From positions 1-49,360 of IMG/VR virus record IMGVR_UViG_3300023257_000002: DNA of 49,360 nucleotides; one strand, written 5' to 3'. Under the pieces are notes generated by a model. The model had not been told where the DNA came from. It did not search any database and saw only the letters and a program-made list of their open reading frames with translations. Below are positions 36,488-46,381 of the stretch, one piece after another. How positions within the stretch are numbered: the first letter of the stretch is position 1; every line of letters starts with the position of its first letter. This stretch comes from a virus (taxonomy: Duplodnaviria > Caudoviricetes). The position numbers were made by a program, and so were the translations under genes.

Positions 36488-38611
36488 TCATTTAATACAT
36501 TCCTTTAATTTTATGAAATCATCTGAATTTATTATACAATCTTTAAGCATTTGATTTTCTATTTCTAAATCATTAACCTTTTGAATAACTTTATAATTAG
36601 AATATTCAATCCAACTACTCCAACTTTGTAATCCTTCCATAAAAACAACCTCACCACCATAACCTCTTGTAAAATTCTTTTGTAAAAAAGGAGGTCTATT
36701 ACTATGTTCCATAACTAAATTATTTGTTTTATCATCTAGTTTAGAATACTCACTAACATCTTTAAAATATTTAAAAGGATTTCCATACTTTTCTTCATCA
36801 TAAACACTTGAACGATAATAAATATCTCCACCTTCTCCTAAAATAATACTTCCATTAAATTCATTATATTCTCCCGCAGGTATTATTTTTCTAACACTAA
36901 TATCATCTAAACTCATATTAAATATAGTTATAGGACCATCTTGGTCTATAATAAAATATAAACTTGAATTTGTTGGTGCAACAACTGTATAAGAATAATC
37001 ACCAACTTCTCCTCCATCAACATTACTATTATGAACAGCTACTGATGTTCCAGTTCCAATATCTCCACCAAACAATATCTCTAACCGCTCAGTAAAAGGA
37101 GTAACATCCCAATCTAAAATACTATATTTAACTTCATAAGTATCTCCTGCAATTAAGGGAACATGTTGGATTAATTGAACACCTGCAATATTCCCCATAT
37201 GATAATATCTTTCGGCTTTTAAACCTGAATCATGACCCCACCCCGTTCCTTCTATCCAACCATCTGAATTACTAGTAAATTCACCATTAATAATTTTTTC
37301 ATATTCATAAGATAAAGCTTTTGTTTCTCCAAAGATAATTCCTTCAATAGTAGCATTATTTGCTGTCTTAAAATTATCAGTTGCACCTGCACCTTCTGTC
37401 CAATTATAAAATCCATCTCCAACTATATCTGTAAGTTGTGAACCATCTCCAAAATATGTGTCTGCTGTTATGTTTCCTGTTACGTTTAAATCTCCATAAA
37501 CAATTGCATTATTCAAAAGTCCAATATCTCCACCACTTGAACTTATAGAAAATTCAGAACCAGAAGTTATTTTAAATTGTCCATAAATATTACTCTCTCC
37601 AGTTGGATAACCATAAATCCTAAAATCTCTATTTTCTCCACTTGCGCTATCTTCAAAAACTCTAATTCCATCAACTAAGTTAGCACCTGGATTAAATCCC
37701 ATGTGACTTTCTCCATCCTCTAATTGAAGAAAGGTCGTCGTAAATGGTGTTGTTGTTGTTCCTAATCTTACTTGAACTTTGTCGTCAGACTCAAATATAA
37801 AATTTCCAGAAGAACCATTACTATATAATTTAACATCCTGTCCAGCCCCGAGTTGCAAACCATTTGTATCACTTGCTATGTTTATATTTGAAGATGTCTC
37901 TAATTCTCCAGTTGAACTTATTGTTAAATCTCCACCTGCAAATCCAGCAGAACCATTCATTACATTAATAAATGCATTGCCTTGGTCTGCACTTGTTGCT
38001 TGAATTGTTGTATCAAAAACTATCTCTTGTCTATCATTCATAAAAGTATATCCACCAACAAACCTATCATTTAAGAACCATTTAACAAATCCACCTCTCG
38101 GTCCAAAAGGACCACCAACATCTATCCCATTTAAAGTCAAACCAACTTGATTAGTTGTGTTTTTATTAACTTCCAAACCTTCTCCAAAACTCCCGCTTCC
38201 TGTTGTTTTAAAATCCTCAGTTGTATCAGTCCAGTCAATATGCTCATCAGCAACACAATCTAAGAAAGTATCATGCCCTGTTCTGTTTGTAAAATAGCAA
38301 TCATTTAAGAATGTTATATCTCCATCTGTATCAGTTGCTATTGTGTCAAACTCTCCTGCTGGGGCAGAAACTTTAACAAAAGTAGGACTCGCAGTAGTCT
38401 GAACATCTTGATGTGGATGGTCGCCTGTTAAGTCATCAACATATTTTTTATTGGCAATATCAGAATCATTAGTTGGCACCTTTTCAACAGTCCCCTCCTT
38501 AGTGGCTACATTCTTACGAACAGCGAAGTCGTCTAAAATTCCAGCAGATTTCTTTTGTAGAGGAGCATTAACCTTTTTTGGATAACTCCTAATTAATGGG
38601 TTCTTTGCCAT
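36488..38611 (-). CDS. Fibre/receptor-binding protein, probably chimeric across the repeat
   Basis: No signal peptide, DIANKKYVDD fibre motif, contains the 185-bp repeat, C-terminal coiled coil; likely start MAKNP. Confidence 0.75.
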   Translation of the reverse strand: MAKNPLIRSYPKKVNAPLQKKSAGILDDFAVRKNVATKEGTVEKVPTNDSDIANKKYVDDLTGDHPHQDVQTTASPTFVKVSAPAGEFDTIATDTDGDITFLNDCYFTNRTGHDTFLDCVADEHIDWTDTTEDFKTTGSGSFGEGLEVNKNTTNQVGLTLNGIDVGGPFGPRGGFVKWFLNDRFVGGYTFMNDRQEIVFDTTIQATSADQGNAFINVMNGSAGFAGGDLTISSTGELETSSNINIASDTNGLQLGAGQDVKLYSNGSSGNFIFESDDKVQVRLGTTTTPFTTTFLQLEDGESHMGFNPGANLVDGIRVFEDSASGENRDFRIYGYPTGESNIYGQFKITSGSEFSISSSGGDIGLLNNAIVYGDLNVTGNITADTYFGDGSQLTDIVGDGFYNWTEGAGATDNFKTANNATIEGIIFGETKALSYEYEKIINGEFTSNSDGWIEGTGWGHDSGLKAERYYHMGNIAGVQLIQHVPLIAGDTYEVKYSILDWDVTPFTERLEILFGGDIGTGTSVAVHNSNVDGGEVGDYSYTVVAPTNSSLYFIIDQDGPITIFNMSLDDISVRKIIPAGEYNEFNGSIILGEGGDIYYRSSVYDEEKYGNPFKYFKDVSEYSKLDDKTNNLVMEHSNRPPFLQKNFTRGYGGEVVFMEGLQSWSSWIEYSNYKVIQKVNDLEIENQMLKDCIINSDDFIKLKECIK
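37599..37783. repeat. 185-bp perfect direct repeat, internal copy
   Basis: Identical to 49262-49319 + 1-127; diverged similarity spans about 37577-37890. Confidence 0.97.
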
Positions 38612-38612
38612 C

Positions 38613-39455
38613 TTAGGCCGCCTTAACAACTATTGCATAACCAGTTCCATTGCTTGCTGTGAAAGAAATGTCATCAGCTACTAGGGGAGTTGCGTTATAT
38701 CTTAATCTTGAATCAAATTCTGAATAACCATTATATAATATTATGTCCCCAACTGCCGTCCCGTCGTAAGTTCCTGCGTTAGCCACATTGACATATCCAT
38801 TGTTCATATCCCAGTGTGCTATTAAGTTTGTTGTATAATTGGCATTGACATAATCGTCATTAACCTGTGTATCGCTTAGGTTTGTGTCCCAATATTTCAC
38901 TGCACCAATAGCCCCTTTAAATTCAAGAGTTAATGCTCCGCCTCCAGCGATAGAATCAGCACATCCAATATGTCCTCCGTCGATTAATGCCCATGTATCA
39001 AACCAATAGGTAGGTTCTGTAACATCTGTCTCTGTTAGAGTTCCCTTTCTTAATGAAAATTCAACACCATTAATATAAATCTTTGGCTTAACTGCATCTT
39101 GAACTATTGCGATGTGTGTCCATTCATGAGCCTTAACATCTGCTCCTACTGTAACCATATCAAAAGCTACATTGGGTCCTGTCATTGCTGACTTGATAGT
39201 TATTTCTCCTGCAATAACTGCTGCATAAAAATACTGGACTGCACTTTCATCTCCACATCCAATAAAAGCATAGGTTCCTGTGTTGTCTGCTGGGTTAATC
39301 CAAGCTGTGAAAGTTCCTTTAGTGTCATTAGCTGCAACTCTACCGGCTGCGAAAGTATCAATCTGCACCCCGTCATCAGTAGCCCCTCCTAAGAAAGCGA
39401 CTGCTTTACGACCGTCAAGCCCCCCAGTAATTTGGTAAATATCTCCTGCTGCCAT
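38613..39455 (-). CDS. LamG/concanavalin A-like virion protein
   Basis: TFTAWINP...WTHIAIV...KIYINGV...FKGAIGAVKYWD..LS. Confidence 0.85.
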   Translation of the reverse strand: MAAGDIYQITGGLDGRKAVAFLGGATDDGVQIDTFAAGRVAANDTKGTFTAWINPADNTGTYAFIGCGDESAVQYFYAAVIAGEITIKSAMTGPNVAFDMVTVGADVKAHEWTHIAIVQDAVKPKIYINGVEFSLRKGTLTETDVTEPTYWFDTWALIDGGHIGCADSIAGGGALTLEFKGAIGAVKYWDTNLSDTQVNDDYVNANYTTNLIAHWDMNNGYVNVANAGTYDGTAVGDIILYNGYSEFDSRLRYNATPLVADDISFTASNGTGYAIVVKAA

Positions 39456-39625
39456 TAAGAACTCGTCACTGTTTCTTCACTTGTGCCTGCCACAGTTACG
39501 AAACCTAATTTAGTTGCATTAACATCAAAACAAAAACTTCCCTCTTCCCCGTTGTAAAAATCCGCGCTTGTCCCATCTGCAATATTTGGGAGAACTAAAG
39601 CTGTTGGTCTTAATATATCTTCCAT
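39455..39625 (-). CDS. Small virion protein, paralogue of 39625-39816
   Basis: Start MEDILRP by TAATG overlap; shared ILRP..LVLP and VTSS termini. Confidence 0.7.
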   Translation of the reverse strand: MEDILRPTALVLPNIADGTSADFYNGEEGSFCFDVNATKLGFVTVAGTSEETVTSS

Positions 39626-39816
39626 TATGAAGAGGTCACCACAGACCATGATCCGGCGCCGACTGTCCTATCAACATCACACCAATTTATTTTATTAGTA
39701 GTAGAATTATAAATTATTGTTCCGAGTTCTGCCTTCATCAAATCTCTATTAACTGTTGTAACATGTGGAAGAACTAAAGTTATCGGTCTAAGAATTTCAT
39801 TTACTGGACTTGACAT
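39625..39816 (-). CDS. Small virion protein, capsid spike/decoration-like
   Basis: LVLP.VTT..RD...GTIIYNSTTNKI...W motif. Confidence 0.7.
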   Translation of the reverse strand: MSSPVNEILRPITLVLPHVTTVNRDLMKAELGTIIYNSTTNKINWCDVDRTVGAGSWSVVTSS

Positions 39817-39955
39817 TTTTAGCCTCCTTAGGTTTTGCTTCCTTAGGCTCCTCTGTCTTTAGTGTTGCAATATATTCTAAAGTCTCAGAATTATCTAAAA
39901 ATCTTCCTGCTTCATAATTAAGTTTCCCACGAGACAATCTTCCTTCAGCTGTCAT
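39797..39955 (-). CDS. 52-aa protein downstream of MCP
   Basis: Manual translation MTAEGRLSRG...; TAATG coupling. Confidence 0.6.
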   Translation of the reverse strand: MTAEGRLSRGKLNYEAGRFLDNSETLEYIATLKTEEPKEAKPKEAKNVKSSK

Positions 39956-40839
39956 TATGTCTTCCTCGTGTTTGTAATTTTACAGATTTCATTAGGTGCT
40001 TGTGATTGAAATACTCCTCGTTCCCATGCGTCAATCTGTGTGTATTTACCGGGAGTTACTGTTGTAGCTGTTGATAGAGGTGTTGCTTGTTTCCAAACCA
40101 TTCCCTGTTTTGCTACAAGAACAAAAGCGCTATCTGCTGTGACCACTTCCGAAACAACAATCGTCAATCCCAAAAGACTTCCTTGCTGTCCGTTCTTCAT
40201 CACTCCACTTGAATAAGTTGGATGGTTTAGAACTTTTGTGTTTGAAATAATGTTTGTGTAATCTTGACCATTAACTACAAGCTTACCATTACCTGCCAAA
40301 GCATCAATACCATCTGCTCTTAAAAGTTGTATAGCGTCGAGAATATCTTTAACTGGGTCTCTGTTCGCGACAGTTGCCGAATCCCATTCACTTCCAATAG
40401 TTACTGCGTGAGTGTTTCCGTAACCAGTTGTCACAGTTGAACAAGCGTCATGTATTGCTTTGTCTTCTTGGTAGATAATCTTTCTTCCAATTCTATAAAT
40501 CTTTCTTTGAAGCATTGGGACTGTTGCGTATTGTCCTGCTTCCATAGAAATCATACTTGTTGCTGCGTATTTCTCAATAACAGAACTAACCTTTGTTTCC
40601 TTTACATCAACATAAGGGAATGGTGTAAACTCTGGGACTCCTCCGATTGGAGAATATGAGTCTGCGCCGGGATCTGTAGAATCGTCGTTTGTTTCTCTAA
40701 AATAACTTTCTGTATAAGAGTCTGATTTGTCGATAGCACACATAGCCTTCCATTTTTCCTCAACCTTAACAACTGCCTTAACTGCAGAATCAATATACTC
40801 TTTTCTTAATTCAGCTTCTCTCTCTATTTCAGCTGCCAT
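39955..40839 (-). CDS. Major capsid protein, HK97 fold inferred
   Basis: 294 aa, canonical position after portal, scaffold and decoration genes; GSLLGLTIVVSE and PNEICKIT motifs typical of HK97-type MCPs. Confidence 0.8.
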   Translation of the reverse strand: MAAEIEREAELRKEYIDSAVKAVVKVEEKWKAMCAIDKSDSYTESYFRETNDDSTDPGADSYSPIGGVPEFTPFPYVDVKETKVSSVIEKYAATSMISMEAGQYATVPMLQRKIYRIGRKIIYQEDKAIHDACSTVTTGYGNTHAVTIGSEWDSATVANRDPVKDILDAIQLLRADGIDALAGNGKLVVNGQDYTNIISNTKVLNHPTYSSGVMKNGQQGSLLGLTIVVSEVVTADSAFVLVAKQGMVWKQATPLSTATTVTPGKYTQIDAWERGVFQSQAPNEICKITNTRKT

Positions 40840-40840
40840 C

Positions 40841-41239
40841 TTATACTAACGTCCCCACGTCTACCGTGACTTGTCCGCCAGTTCCGCTTTCTTCTGTTAG
40901 AATTTTACCAACAACAGCTCCAACGATAGTGTCTGCTTCTGTTGCTAATCTTATTGTGTTTGCTCCAGCAATAGATACCGCATTACCTGCTGGGATTGCT
41001 GCCGCAGTTGAAGTCATTTCCCATCTTCCATTCATAGCGACTGTTAATTCAGTAACTCCTTCGTTTGCTGTATGTGCTACCCAACAGATTCCTCCGAATG
41101 GATCCGCACTTGCTGCACTCACGACCACAGTTCCATCATTCTCTGCTTTCATAATTGTTCCGATAGGTACCGCCGTAGTATTATCGATTATTCTACGCTT
41201 AAAAATTGTTGGTGCTTCAATGCATACTGCTACTGCCAT
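40841..41239 (-). CDS. Capsid cement/decoration protein
   Basis: 132 aa, A/G/V/T-rich beta protein directly before MCP. Confidence 0.7.
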   Translation of the reverse strand: MAVAVCIEAPTIFKRRIIDNTTAVPIGTIMKAENDGTVVVSAASADPFGGICWVAHTANEGVTELTVAMNGRWEMTSTAAAIPAGNAVSIAGANTIRLATEADTIVGAVVGKILTEESGTGGQVTVDVGTLV

Positions 41240-41260
41240 AGTTATTCGGTGTGTCGAATA

Positions 41261-41410
41261 CTATTTAAATGTTTTGATTTTGGCTTGAACTGATTTTAGA
41301 ATTAACTCTCCTTCTTCTATGCCATCTTCAGCTAAAATTTTGTTCTTTTTGTTTATAGCAATCCCCTCTAGAAGTTTTTTCTCTATTGCTTGCCAGTCTT
41401 TTTTATTCAT
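41261..41410 (-). CDS. 49-aa hypothetical protein
   Basis: Manual translation MNKKDWQAIEKK... Confidence 0.5.
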   Translation of the reverse strand: MNKKDWQAIEKKLLEGIAINKKNKILAEDGIEEGELILKSVQAKIKTFK

Positions 41411-41732
41411 TTGCTTTCTTAATATCTTCTTCTAATTGAGTTCCTTCAAAGAATTTACTAGCCCCTTTAACTTTCTTCTCATCTTCGGTTTCTTTAACAG
41501 GTTCTTGCCCTGCGACAGTTTGACCGCCCACCATTTGAACCGCTTGTAATTTTTCTTTTCTTTCAGTTAATTTTTTATCTTCTTCTAGAAGTCTCGCTTT
41601 TTCTTTATTAATCTCTTCCGCTCTATCAAGTTCAGAAATTCCTTCATCTTTAGGACTATCTAAAGGTGGTGTCGACGGCTCCGGTTTACCTTCAGAATTG
41701 TCCGTTGGTGTTGGTGGTGAATCTTCTACCAT
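41403..41732 (-). CDS. Probable scaffolding protein
   Basis: Acidic Pro-rich N-terminus plus coiled coil; start MVEDS about 25 nt after a TATA box. Confidence 0.65.
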   Translation of the reverse strand: MVEDSPPTPTDNSEGKPEPSTPPLDSPKDEGISELDRAEEINKEKARLLEEDKKLTERKEKLQAVQMVGGQTVAGQEPVKETEDEKKVKGASKFFEGTQLEEDIKKANE

Positions 41733-41830
41733 ATTAATATTATGTGTGTTCTCTTTATAAACTTTCCTATGCATTACTAGAAGGTGCGGAAGTCCGGGCT
41801 CCGGAAGTTTTCCATGAGGAGATTAGGACT

Positions 41831-42049
41831 TCACGGGAAGATCATAAACTTAGAATTATGTTGCTTGGTCATATCTATCTTATAGTTCTTGGCTAACTCT
41901 GCGAACGTATAAATTCCAGCTGCGATAAATGCCTGTTGGAAGTTCCAACAGTTAGACGCTAACGCTCCTGAGAATAGCATAAGTCCTCCGACGATAACCG
42001 CTCTCTTAATCACTCCATACCATACTTCCATATCTTGTTTAAATTTCAT
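41831..42049 (-). CDS. Small two-TM protein, holin-like
   Basis: 72 aa, ATGA overlap with portal. Confidence 0.55.
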   Translation of the reverse strand: MKFKQDMEVWYGVIKRAVIVGGLMLFSGALASNCWNFQQAFIAAGIYTFAELAKNYKIDMTKQHNSKFMIFP

Positions 42050-43212
42050 AATTTCTTTTTCACCGACGAGTTAGAAGGGTTTTTATCTTCTTTCTTCGCA
42101 GGTGTTTTTTTAATTTCTGATTTCTTTTCTCCGGAGAGGTTGCCATCCTTACCTTCATCTTCTGAAACACTATCATCAATACTTAATGGTTCGACTAGCT
42201 TTCCTTTGATGTTAAGTTGTTGGAAAATCTGTTGGTTTAAATCTTCTTGTTCATCCGCCACCGGTTGCTCGAATGTGAAGGCTACCATTTTTGAAGAGGC
42301 TTCATTTGTTCCGCCGGCGTTTCCTAGATGAAGTTCAGGCATACCTAAATCTTTAATCGCTTCACCCTTCCACTCCTTCCGCCAATCTAGAGGGTTCAGC
42401 GTCGCGAATTGAGGAACTTTAAAATCTGCTGTGTCCAGGGCCTTCTCTGGAATTACTAACCCCTTCCCTTTGTTCAACCCAGTTGTTAAGGATAATGTAA
42501 GTTTCGCTAACTCTGCTTCCTTGTCTGTCTTGGCTTTGAAGATAAGGAAAGGCATGACATATCTATGAAACACAACCGTCATGTCTTGATCAAGTTGCTC
42601 AATCTTATCCAGCATTTTCGTAGAGCCTTCATAAACGGAGATTCCGTGACCCTCGTCCCCTTCCCTGTCGTTTGATAAATGAAACACTTGCCAAGGTTCC
42701 AGTCGTTTCCCGATAGTTTTCCCTTCATTATCTACCTGCTCATATCCTATTGTAATCCCCGCAGTGTTTAGAAATATTTTTGTCTTTCCAGGATTAAGAG
42801 GTTTTACATTAATAAGATTTCTTCCGTTGGCTTCCGGTGGTTTCTTATTTGATGTGATAATTTCCGCGAAGGCATCACCATTAACTTTCTTAACCCTCAA
42901 CATATTTTTAAGAATTCCTTTGAATGTGTCGGTCCCATTTCCTCGAATTTTGTCTAGTCTTTTCTGTGTTGCCTCGTCGGTGTCAAATCCTCGGCCCGCA
43001 ATCCAAACTGCGTATTGAGTTATGGCCGCCTTAGTGCCCCCTTGGTTCTTTCGATAGTAGCCGTTATATTCCGCCCACTTTGGATTAACCCAGCCACTTT
43101 CTTCTAAAGCTGGAGAATCTAAATCTTGGCTCGGACTCGTAACAAGTGACAAAGTCCCGTCCGTATCGTTCATTACCTCGACATTATCGTAGTCTCTTGT
43201 TCCGTTTGCCAT
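42046..43212 (-). CDS. Portal protein
   Basis: KKVNGDAFAEI, VFHL...GHGIS motifs; position in head module. Confidence 0.8.
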   Translation of the reverse strand: MANGTRDYDNVEVMNDTDGTLSLVTSPSQDLDSPALEESGWVNPKWAEYNGYYRKNQGGTKAAITQYAVWIAGRGFDTDEATQKRLDKIRGNGTDTFKGILKNMLRVKKVNGDAFAEIITSNKKPPEANGRNLINVKPLNPGKTKIFLNTAGITIGYEQVDNEGKTIGKRLEPWQVFHLSNDREGDEGHGISVYEGSTKMLDKIEQLDQDMTVVFHRYVMPFLIFKAKTDKEAELAKLTLSLTTGLNKGKGLVIPEKALDTADFKVPQFATLNPLDWRKEWKGEAIKDLGMPELHLGNAGGTNEASSKMVAFTFEQPVADEQEDLNQQIFQQLNIKGKLVEPLSIDDSVSEDEGKDGNLSGEKKSEIKKTPAKKEDKNPSNSSVKKKL

Positions 43213-43243
43213 GGTTTGCTAAGAAAAACAGATTATTTAAACT

Positions 43244-44308
43244 TTACTTAATTCGCATTATCCACACCACATTGTAGTATGGAGGTCGATTTTCTGTGTT
43301 TGATGCTCCAGCCGTAGATCCTGTCACTATCTCATCTGTCTCTGCTCCCCCTGCATCAACAACTTCTAGAGCTGAAGTATTTCCAGTCCAACCTATTTTA
43401 CTACTTGTAAATTCTAAACTAGAAGCTTCAGTATGTCCTAAAATATGAGTATGCGCCATTGTTGCACTTCCCCCAGTTCCTTCTGATGTTGTATCTCCTC
43501 TTAAGAATTCTCCACCATTAAGATCAGGCATGTTTTGACCATCCATAGGTGAATCACCGTCGCTGACTGCTGACCCATCACACTCTCTCCAACCCGATGG
43601 CAAAGTTGCTGGGACGCCTGTCATGGATTTATTCCATGCAACTATCGCCCCGATTGGTGGGACTGTTGCCAAAGTTACGTCTGCCGTTATTGTAATGTCA
43701 TTAGAAGCCCCAACCGTTGAAATTCCATCACCTCCCAGAATGTCGATATTATGTACTGCTGGCGTTGCCGTTCCCGAATCTCCGTCGATAGAAGTAACCA
43801 CAATCGCCTTTAATGTTACATCCCCAGTTGCTACGTTGAAGTCTGTTAAATTAAATGTCGCTATTCCTTTGTTCGCGTCCGTTGCTAATTCACAAGATAT
43901 TGTTCCAGTCACATAATTAATCCCTTCTCCCGGTGTCATTCTTGCATCGATGTCTGTTGTCATATTATGGGTGTTTGTAGTTGCGTCGTGGTCTATCCCA
44001 CTATCATCAATCGTAACTGCCCCGGCGGTTACGTCGAAATCGCTTGCGTCGAACGTTGCGATCCCTTTGTTTCCTGTGTCCGTTGCGTGTTCTCCGTTAA
44101 TTGTTAAGGTTCCATTCGCTCCCGTATCTGTGAAGTCAATCCCTTCCCCTGCTGTTAGAACTCGTTCATCTGTTAAATCTGCGTGGAGGGCTAATGTTAA
44201 ATATTGAGGATCTGTTAATCCGACAGAAGTTGCTGTCGCTGTTGCCGCCGGAGTCTCTCGAACATCACGTTGAATAAAAACCTTTTCTCCCGGAATATCT
44301 AAAGTCAT
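43244..44308 (-). CDS. Fibre protein with C-terminal tail-collar-like domain
   Basis: KGIATF..DF.V repeats; PPIGAIVAW...LPSGWRECDG...PDLNG..FLRG...ENRPPYYNVVWIMRIK. Confidence 0.85.
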   Translation of the reverse strand: MTLDIPGEKVFIQRDVRETPAATATATSVGLTDPQYLTLALHADLTDERVLTAGEGIDFTDTGANGTLTINGEHATDTGNKGIATFDASDFDVTAGAVTIDDSGIDHDATTNTHNMTTDIDARMTPGEGINYVTGTISCELATDANKGIATFNLTDFNVATGDVTLKAIVVTSIDGDSGTATPAVHNIDILGGDGISTVGASNDITITADVTLATVPPIGAIVAWNKSMTGVPATLPSGWRECDGSAVSDGDSPMDGQNMPDLNGGEFLRGDTTSEGTGGSATMAHTHILGHTEASSLEFTSSKIGWTGNTSALEVVDAGGAETDEIVTGSTAGASNTENRPPYYNVVWIMRIK

Positions 44309-44682
44309 GCTATCCCCATCTCTTTTAGAACAGAACCATCTTTTAGGAGAATTTCAATCTTCTCCATTCTATGAATATGATATTGAACCATGTCTTCCGG
44401 TTCGATTAGGGATGAAAAGACCGCCCCTACCGTCGCCATGTTGTACATTATTGCAGAACAAGCGACATACCTTGCGACATATTCGGAGAGCATTTGTTTG
44501 TAGTTTGCTGATAGAGTTAAGACGTTTGCGGTGAGATCATAATTTACTAGAGCCGAAAGGAAGTTCTCGGCTTGGATTCCCCATGCGGTTTTATTGTCAT
44601 CTGTGAAGCCTGTTGCGTCGACTAGTTCTCCAGCCATTGCTAACATCTCCGCATCTGTTGATAAAACACTTGTTGCAGCCAT
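44305..44682 (-). CDS. Probable head-completion/adaptor protein
   Basis: 125-aa helical protein between TerL and the fibre gene. Confidence 0.5.
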   Translation of the reverse strand: MAATSVLSTDAEMLAMAGELVDATGFTDDNKTAWGIQAENFLSALVNYDLTANVLTLSANYKQMLSEYVARYVACSAIMYNMATVGAVFSSLIEPEDMVQYHIHRMEKIEILLKDGSVLKEMGIA

Positions 44683-44683
44683 A

Positions 44684-46054
44684 CTATAAAGACATGATAA
44701 AGGGTTTTAATAACTTTTGCTTTATGAGATAATAGCCCCTAATCACGCCTTCTACCTCATGTGAATCATTTCCGGATATTCTAACTTTTCCATTTGTAAA
44801 TTCCCATTGTATTGATTTGAAACTTGCGATTAATTCGTCATTGTTTAGAAGATGGAGTTTTCCTTGTTCTCCACCGATTAATGTGTAGTTGTACATATCT
44901 TCCTTTAGGAGGGGTTTGTGGCCTTCCTCAGCGTCTATATCCCTGCTCGCGTTATTAAGCCCCACTACTTTGTTTTCCGTTGAGGAGTCTCCCAAGAGGA
45001 TGTCAAGGACTCCGACACCCATCCCGCCATCATCTATTCCTATTTTATTAAAATCCCATAGTTCGTTCAGTCTTATTGCTTTCCTCGCTGTTTCGGTTAT
45101 TAATTGTCTTTTGGTTACGATTCTGAAAACTTGTGTTACGTTGTCGGGGTTAGTGCCATCTAAGCACTCGAAGGTTGTCTCGTCCTTTCCCATTCGCGCT
45201 ATGTCCATGCCTAGGAAGTAGTCTCTGGCTGGGAGGGGGCTTGTTATTAGGAAATTTTGTGTGGGGTCCACCTCTATAGGGGGGGGAAGTTGAGGTTTAG
45301 AGTCGCTAAGTAGTGTATTTGTGTTAAGTTGGTTGTTTAGGGTTATGTTGCATACTTTCTTAATCCATTGGTCTGAGTACACTCTCTTCAGTTCATCTAA
45401 GAACATAGCTAGATACTCTTGGGCGTATTGTAGTTCACTCATAGTTGCTCTCTCTGATGCTAGATACTCCTTAGTATGTCTTGGGCAGTCCTCTGCTGAT
45501 ACATAGAACTTAGTGTAATCATCTCTTAGTGAGCAGTCATAGAAGTATCCTTCCTTCCCTCTTGGGGTTGAGAGTATGTCTATAGTTCCTCCTGTTATAC
45601 TTATCATTGGGGTTACTGCTGTGAATATATCTCTATCCATTGGTGCTGCTTCATCTATTACTAAGTTTGTTATAGTCTCTCCTCTTAGTCCGTCTCCTGA
45701 TACTCCTGCTGCATAACACTTGATGATTGAGCCATTAGTTAGGTTGATTATATGTTTGGTTGGTCCTTTGTTACCCTTCCTTATGATCTTATTAGGGTAT
45801 TTGGCTTCTAAGTACATTAGTGTCTTGAAGAATAGTGAGTATGCTTGTTTCTCTGTGTATGCTATCATTAGTATGATTGAGTTGGGTTTAGTTGCTGCTC
45901 TCTTCCCGAACTTGATTGATGCTGCTGCTGTCTTACCTGATTGTCTCCCACATAGTAAGAAGCAGTTACCTTCTGTGTTGATATACTTGGTTTGCCATGG
46001 GTCCAGTGTCAGCCATGGTCTAAAGATGTCATACTTGGGGGTCTTGGTTGTCAT
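44684..46054 (-). CDS. terL: Terminase large subunit
   Basis: GRQSGKT Walker A, LRG...LVIDEAA Walker B, STPRG coupling motif, GMDIARMGKD nuclease motif; likely start MTTKTP. Confidence 0.93.
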   Translation of the reverse strand: MTTKTPKYDIFRPWLTLDPWQTKYINTEGNCFLLCGRQSGKTAAASIKFGKRAATKPNSIILMIAYTEKQAYSLFFKTLMYLEAKYPNKIIRKGNKGPTKHIINLTNGSIIKCYAAGVSGDGLRGETITNLVIDEAAPMDRDIFTAVTPMISITGGTIDILSTPRGKEGYFYDCSLRDDYTKFYVSAEDCPRHTKEYLASERATMSELQYAQEYLAMFLDELKRVYSDQWIKKVCNITLNNQLNTNTLLSDSKPQLPPPIEVDPTQNFLITSPLPARDYFLGMDIARMGKDETTFECLDGTNPDNVTQVFRIVTKRQLITETARKAIRLNELWDFNKIGIDDGGMGVGVLDILLGDSSTENKVVGLNNASRDIDAEEGHKPLLKEDMYNYTLIGGEQGKLHLLNNDELIASFKSIQWEFTNGKVRISGNDSHEVEGVIRGYYLIKQKLLKPFIMSL

Positions 46055-46055
46055 G

Positions 46056-46337
46056 TTATATGGTGTGGTGGCAGTCCTCACATAGTGTTTGTAGTTTGTT
46101 TGGGTCACATAGTAGGTGTTGGGTGATGAGGTTTATGATGTCATCCCATATATCTATTCCTTCTTTGTGGTGTACGTTGACTTTGACCTCTGCTCCCTTC
46201 TTCTTTGATTGTTTTATTCCACATTTGGTACAGGAGTAATTATCTCTCTTCATGGCTGTGGCTCTTTCGTAGGAGCGTACCCACATTTGTCTTAGTTGTC
46301 CTTTGATTCTAGCTCTTGATGTTCTTTCTGGTGTCAT
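46056..46337 (-). CDS. HNH endonuclease adjacent to terminase
   Basis: RDNYSCTKCG...VHH...LQTLCEDCH. Confidence 0.85.
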   Translation of the reverse strand: MTPERTSRARIKGQLRQMWVRSYERATAMKRDNYSCTKCGIKQSKKKGAEVKVNVHHKEGIDIWDDIINLITQHLLCDPNKLQTLCEDCHHTI

Positions 46338-46381
46338 AGTTGTTGTTGTTGTGTGTTCTTTATATATGTTGTTGTTTGTCA

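Larger units (their letters stand above)
1..37656. mobile_element. Loop A: putative spindle-shaped/enveloped archaeal virus genome (37,656 bp if closed through the 185-bp repeat)
   Basis: Helical-hairpin capsid-like proteins, Zot-like ATPase, exported glycoproteins and its own promoter motif; no terminase or portal; bounded by copies of the repeat. Confidence 0.65.

Noticed and set aside
37577-37890. Diversity-generating retroelement TR/VR pair in the fibre genes
   Set aside because: No reverse transcriptase in the window; the core is identical and flanking differences are not adenine-specific
43627-43648. Partial gapped match of array 3 (CC AT AT GC TG AA AA) to the loop B collar-fibre gene
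   Set aside because: Only 12 of 14 positions over seven dinucleotides, then it fails; expected by chance at this search size
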